Assembly: GCA_964057225.1 (NCBI GenBank)
Contig: CAXKVF010000078.1
Span: forward strand, 558,001-622,000
Length of the DNA stretch: 64,000 nt
Direction of reading: 5' to 3'
Source: Auanema rhodensis
Taxonomy: Eukaryota > Animalia > Nematoda
Made by a program: the position numbers and the translations under genes. Shown piece by piece: positions 57,301 through 64,000 of the stretch. How positions within the stretch are numbered: the first letter of the stretch is position 1; every line of letters starts with the position of its first letter. The notes beneath the pieces are model-generated. The model was not told the origin of the DNA. It did not search any database and worked only from the letters and a program-made list of their open reading frames with translations.

Positions 57301-60300
57301 AATTTCAAAGTCATGGTTACCATGAACCAATATCAATAAAAATTTGTTTTTAGACTAATATGGACATGGGGAATCTAATTTTGAAAACCGCATTTCTTTA
57401 TCTTTCACGTGAAGCGAGTTACATACCAAGTGCACATCACGTGTACATTTAATTAGCATAAATTAAAGTTCACGTAAATTTCAAAGTCATGGTTACCATG
57501 CACCAATAACAATAAAAATTTGTTTTTAGACTGATATGGACATGGGGAATCTAATTTTGAAAACCGCATCTCTTTATCTTTCACGTGAAGCGAGTTACAT
57601 ACCAAGTGCACATCACGTGTACATTTAATTAGCATAAATTAAAGTTCACGTAAATTTCAAAGTCATGGTTACCATGAACCAATATCAATAAAAATTCGTT
57701 TTTAGACTAATATGGACATGGGGAATCTAATTTTGAAAACCGCATTTCTTTATCTTTCACGTGAAGCGAGTTACATACCAAGTGCACATCACGTGTACAT
57801 TTAATTAGCATAAATTAAAGTTCACGTAAATTTCAAAGTCATGGTTACCATGCACCAATAACAATAAAAATTTGTTTTTAGACTGATATGGACATGGGGA
57901 ATCTAATTTTGAAAACCGCATCTCTTTATCTTTCACGTGAAGCGAGTTACATACCAAGTGCACATCACGTGTACATTTAATTAGCATAAATTAAAGTTCA
58001 CGTAAATTTCAAAGTCATGGTTACCATGCACCAATAACAATAAAAATTTGTTTTTAGACTGATATGGACATGGGGAATCTAATTTTGAAAACCGCATCTC
58101 TTTATCTTTCACGTGAAGCGAGTTACATACCAAGTGCACATCACGTGTACATTTAATTAGCATAAATTAAAGTTCACGTAAATTTCAAAGTCATGGTTAC
58201 CATGAACCAATATCAATAAAAATTTGTTTTTAGACTAATATGGACATGGGGAATCTAATTTTGAAAACCGCATCTCTTTATCTTTCACGTGAAGCGAGTT
58301 ACATACCAAGTGCACATCACGTGTACATTTAATTAGCATAAATTAAAGTTCACGTAAATTTCAAAGTCATGGTTACCATGAACCAATATCAATAAAAATT
58401 TGTTTTTAGACTAATATGGACATGGGGAATCTAATTTTGAAAACCGCATCTCTTTATCTTTCACGTGAAGCGAGTTACATACCAAGTGCACATCACGTGT
58501 ACATTTAATTAGCATAAATTAAAGTTCACGTAAATTTCAAAGTCATGGTTACCATGAACCAATATCAATAAAAATTTGTTTTTAGACTAATATGGACATG
58601 GGGAATCTAATTTTGAAAACCGCATTTCTTTATCTTTCACGTGAAGCGAGTTACATACCAAGTGCACATCACGTGTACATTTAATTAGCATAAATTAAAG
58701 TTCACGTAAATTTCAAAGTCATGGTTACCATGAACCAATATCAATAAAAATTTGTTTTTAGACTAATATGGACATGGGGAATGTAATTTTGAAAACCGCA
58801 TCTCTTTATCTTTCACGTGAAGCGAGTTACATACCAAGTGCACATCACGTGTACATTTAATTAGCATAAATTAAAGTTCACGTAAAATTCAAAGTCATGG
58901 TTACCATGCACCAATATCAATAAAAATTTGTTTTTAGACTAATATGGACATGGGGAATCTAATTTTGAAAACCGCATCTCTTTATCTTTCACGTGAAGCG
59001 AGTTACATACCAAGTGCACATCACGTGTACATTTAATTAGCATAAATTAAAGTTCACGTAAATTTCAAAGTCATGGTTACCATGAACCAATATCAATAAA
59101 AATTTGTTTTTAGACTAATATGGACATGGGGAATCTAATTTTGAAAACCGCATCTCTTTATCTTTCACGTGAAGCGAGTTACATACCAAGTGCACATCAC
59201 GTGTACATTTAATTAGCATAAATTAAAGTTCACGTAAATTTCAAAGTCATGGTTACCATGAAGCAATATCAATAAAAATTTGTTTTTAGACTAATATGGA
59301 CATGGGGAATCTAATTTTGAAAACCGCATCTCTTTATCTTTCACGTGAAGCGAGTTACATACCAAGTGCACATCACGTGTACATTTAATTAGCATAAATT
59401 AAAGTTCACGTAAAATTCAAAGTCATGGTTACCATGCACCAATATCAATAAAAATTTGTTTTTAGACTAATATGGACATGGGGAATCTAATTTTGAAAAC
59501 CGCATCTCTTTATCTTTCACGTGAAGCGAGTTACATACCAAGTGCACATCACGTGTACATTTAATTAGCATAAATTAAAGTTCACGTAAATTTCAAAGTC
59601 ATGGTTACCATGAACCAATATCAATAAAAATTTGTTTTTAGACTAATATGGACATGGGGAATCTAATTTTGAAAACCGCATCTCTTTATCTTTCACGTGA
59701 AGCGAGTTACATACCAAGTGCACATCACGTGTACATTTAATTAGCATAAATTAAAGTTCACGTAAATTTCAAAGTCATGGTTACCATGCACCAATATCAA
59801 TAAAAATTTGTTTTTAGACTAATATGGACATGGGGAATCTAATTTTGAAAACCGCATCTCTTTATCTTTCACGTGAAGCGAGTTACATACCAAGTGCACA
59901 TCACGTGTACATTTAATTAGCATAAATTAAAGTTCACGTAAACTTCAAAGTCATGGTTACCATGAAGCAATATCAATAAAAATTTGTTTTTAGACTAATA
60001 TGGACATGGGGAATCTAATTTTGAAAACCGCATCTCTTTATCTTTCACGTGAAGCGAGTTACATACCAAGTGCACATCACGTGTACATTTAATTAGCATA
60101 AATTAAAGTTCACGTAAATTTCAAAGTCATGGTTACCATGAACCAATATCAATAAAAATTTGTTTTTAGACTAATATGGACATGGGGAATCTAATTTTGA
60201 AAACCGCATCTCTTTATCTTTCACGTGAAGCGAGTTACATACCAAGTGCACATCACGTGTACATTTAATTAGCATAAATTAAAGTTCACGTAAATTTCAA

Positions 60301-63300
60301 AGTCATGGTTACCATGAACCAATATCAATAAAAATTTGTTTTTAGACTAATATGGACATGGGGAATCTAATTTTGAAAACCGCATTTCTTTATCTTTCAC
60401 GTGAAGCGAGTTACATACCAAGTGCACATCACGTGTACATTTAATTAGCATAAATTAAAGTTCACGTAAATTTCAAAGTCATGGTTACCATGCACCAATA
60501 ACAATAAAAATTTGTTTTTAGACTGATATGGACATGGGGAATCTAATTTTGAAAACCGCATCTCTTTATCTTTCACGTGAAGCGAGTTACATACCAAGTG
60601 CACATCACGTGTACATTTAATTAGCATAAATTAAAGTTCACGTAAATTTCAAAGTCATGGTTACCATGAACCAATATCAATAAAAATTCGTTTTTAGACT
60701 AATATGGACATGGGGAATCTAATTTTGAAAACCGCATTTCTTTATCTTTCACGTGAAGCGAGTTACATACCAAGTGCACATCACGTGTACATTTAATTAG
60801 CATAAATTAAAGTTCACGTAAATTTCAAAGTCATGGTTACCATGCACCAATAACAATAAAAATTTGTTTTTAGACTGATATGGACATGGGGAATCTAATT
60901 TTGAAAACCGCATCTCTTTATCTTTCACGTGAAGCGAGTTACATACCAAGTGCACATCACGTGTACATTTAATTAGCATAAATTAAAGTTCACGTAAATT
61001 TCAAAGTCATGGTTACCATGCACCAATAACAATAAAAATTTGTTTTTAGACTGATATGGACATGGGGAATCTAATTTTGAAAACCGCATCTCTTTATCTT
61101 TCACGTGAAGCGAGTTACATACCAAGTGCACATCACGTGTACATTTAATTAGCATAAATTAAAGTTCACGTAAATTTCAAAGTCATGGTTACCATGAACC
61201 AATATCAATAAAAATTTGTTTTTAGACTAATATGGACATGGGGAATCTAATTTTGAAAACCGCATCTCTTTATCTTTCACGTGAAGCGAGTTACATACCA
61301 AGTGCACATCACGTGTACATTTAATTAGCATAAATTAAAGTTCACGTAAATTTCAAAGTCATGGTTACCATGAACCAATATCAATAAAAATTTGTTTTTA
61401 GACTAATATGGACATGGGGAATCTAATTTTGAAAACCGCATCTCTTTATCTTTCACGTGAAGCGAGTTACATACCAAGTGCACATCACGTGTACATTTAA
61501 TTAGCATAAATTAAAGTTCACGTAAATTTCAAAGTCATGGTTACCATGAACCAATATCAATAAAAATTTGTTTTTAGACTAATATGGACATGGGGAATCT
61601 AATTTTGAAAACCGCATTTCTTTATCTTTCACGTGAAGCGAGTTACATACCAAGTGCACATCACGTGTACATTTAATTAGCATAAATTAAAGTTCACGTA
61701 AATTTCAAAGTCATGGTTACCATGAACCAATATCAATAAAAATTTGTTTTTAGACTAATATGGACATGGGGAATGTAATTTTGAAAACCGCATCTCTTTA
61801 TCTTTCACGTGAAGCGAGTTACATACCAAGTGCACATCACGTGTACATTTAATTAGCATAAATTAAAGTTCACGTAAAATTCAAAGTCATGGTTACCATG
61901 CACCAATATCAATAAAAATTTGTTTTTAGACTAATATGGACATGGGGAATCTAATTTTGAAAACCGCATCTCTTTATCTTTCACGTGAAGCGAGTTACAT
62001 ACCAAGTGCACATCACGTGTACATTTAATTAGCATAAATTAAAGTTCACGTAAATTTCAAAGTCATGGTTACCATGAACCAATATCAATAAAAATTTGTT
62101 TTTAGACTAATATGGACATGGGGAATCTAATTTTGAAAACCGCATCTCTTTATCTTTCACGTGAAGCGAGTTACATACCAAGTGCACATCACGTGTACAT
62201 TTAATTAGCATAAATTAAAGTTCACGTAAATTTCAAAGTCATGGTTACCATGAACCAATATCAATAAAAATTTGTTTTTAGACTAATATGGACATGGGGA
62301 ATCTAATTTTGAAAACCGCATCTCTTTATCTTTCACGTGAAGCGAGTTACATACCAAGTGCACATCACGTGTACATTTAATTAGCATAAATTAAAGTTCA
62401 CGTAAATTTCAAAGTCATGGTTACCATGAACCAATATCAATAAAAATTTGTTTTTAGACTAATATGGACATGGGGAATCTAATTTTGAAAACCGCATTTC
62501 TTTATCTTTCACGTGAAGCGAGTTACATACCAAGTGCACATCACGTGTACATTTAATTAGCATAAATTAAAGTTCACGTAAATTTCAAAGTCATGGTTAC
62601 CATGCACCAATAACAATAAAAATTAGTTTTTAGACTGATATGGACATGGGGAATCTAATTTTGAAAACCGCATCTCTTTATCTTTCACGTGAAGCGAGTT
62701 ACATACCAAGTGCACATCACGTGTACATTTAATTAGCATAAATTAAAGTTCACGTAAATTTCAAAGTCATGGTTACCATGAACCAATATCAATAAAAATT
62801 CGTTTTTAGACTAATATGGACATGGGGAATCTAATTTTGAAAACCGCATTTCTTTATCTTTCACGTGAAGCGAGTTACATACCAAGTGCACATCACGTGT
62901 ACATTTAATTAGCATAAATTAAAGTTCACGTAAATTTCAAAGTCATGGTTACCATGCACCAATAACAATAAAAATTTGTTTTTAGACTGATATGGACATG
63001 GGGAATCTAATTTTGAAAACCGCATCTCTTTATCTTTCACGTGAAGCGAGTTACATACCAAGTGCACATCACGTGTACATTTAATTAGCATAAATTAAAG
63101 TTCACGTAAATTTCAAAGTCATGGTTACCATGCACCAATAACAATAAAAATTTGTTTTTAGACTGATATGGACATGGGGAATCTAATTTTGAAAACCGCA
63201 TCTCTTTATCTTTCACGTGAAGCGAGTTACATACCAAGTGCACATCACGTGTACATTTAATTAGCATAAATTAAAGTTCACGTAAATTTCAAAGTCATGG

Positions 63301-64000
63301 TTACCATGAACCAATATCAATAAAAATTTGTTTTTAGACTAATATGGACATGGGGAATCTAATTTTGAAAACCGCATCTCTTTATCTTTCACGTGAAGCG
63401 AGTTACATACCAAGTGCACATCACGTGTACATTTAATTAGCATAAATTAAAGTTCACGTAAATTTCAAAGTCATGGTTACCATGAACCAATATCAATAAA
63501 AATTTGTTTTTAGACTAATATGGACATGGGGAATCTAATTTTGAAAACCGCATCTCTTTATCTTTCACGTGAAGCGAGTTACATACCAAGTGCACATCAC
63601 GTGTACATTTAATTAGCATAAATTAAAGTTCACGTAAATTTCAAAGTCATGGTTACCATGAACCAATATCAATAAAAATTTGTTTTTAGACTAATATGGA
63701 CATGGGGAATCTAATTTTGAAAACCGCATTTCTTTATCTTTCACGTGAAGCGAGTTACATACCAAGTGCACATCACGTGTACATTTAATTAGCATAAATT
63801 AAAGTTCACGTAAATTTCAAAGTCATGGTTACCATGAACCAATATCAATAAAAATTTGTTTTTAGACTAATATGGACATGGGGAATGTAATTTTGAAAAC
63901 CGCATCTCTTTATCTTTCACGTGAAGCGAGTTACATACCAAGTGCACATCACGTGTACATTTAATTAGCATAAATTAAAGTTCACGTAAAATTCAAAGTC
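54376..64000. repeat. 17-monomer (2992-bp) higher-order repeat: two full copies, one 12-mer derivative and one partial
   Basis: Units start at 54376, 57368, 60360 and 62472. C8G marker at 55791, 58783, 61775 and 63887 (+2992, +2992, +2112). ORF-track triplets at 54461/57453/60445 show the same period. Confidence 0.92.

Larger units (their letters stand above)
1..64000. repeat. 176-bp tandem satellite array (~363.7 head-to-tail copies), probably centromeric/pericentromeric
   Basis: GGGGAATCTAATTTTGAAAACC recurs every 176 bp (1, 177, 353 ... last start 63880). Phase shifts only by +1 (25667-25672) and -10 (41.5-45.9 kb). Consensus has 56/176 G+C. The repeat is seen directly; centromeric function is inferred. 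Confidence 0.99.

Noticed and set aside
15750-63267. 22 near-identical 60-aa minus-strand ORFs (MLIKCTRDVHLVCNS...)
   Set aside because: Each is just over one monomer long. They appear only where A166G converts the minus-strand TAG to CAG. The copy expected near 62557 is closed by T154A, which creates TAA. 176 is not a multiple of 3, and there is no recognisable domain or gene context. They are useful only as markers of the variant.
1-64000. CRISPR array or other repeat-spacer system
   Set aside because: Palindromic segments exist, but there are no unique spacers. The entire 176 bp repeats and there are no cas or other genes.

Overview
The whole 64-kb window is one uninterrupted, single-orientation tandem satellite array: 363 complete 176-bp monomers plus a 121-bp partial, about 32% GC. 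Monomers are near-identical, usually 0-4 substitutions from the consensus, which equals bases 1-176. I saw no genes, RNA genes, transposon insertions, inversions or CRISPR spacers. The 22 '60-aa ORFs' arise from one monomer SNP (A166G) that removes a minus-strand TAG. Nucleosome-scale monomer length, extreme homogeneity, dense dyad symmetry and variant-defined higher-order repeats (HORs) point to a eukaryotic centromeric-type satellite; this is inference, and I cannot name the species or family. Main observations: (i) a CENP-B-box-like 17-mer and three phased TCACGT motifs lie in the near-invariant part of the monomer; (ii) local HORs of 7, 12, 14, 17 and 23 monomers; (iii) a ~38-kb-offset block duplication traced by rare SNPs; (iv) a cluster of ten homopolymer deletions at 41.5-45.9 kb that is probably an assembly artefact; (v) a small island of divergent monomers at 53.3-54.0 kb. 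Variants were read by eye, so singletons may have been missed. Variant notation uses monomer position, with the first G of GGGGAATC as 1.
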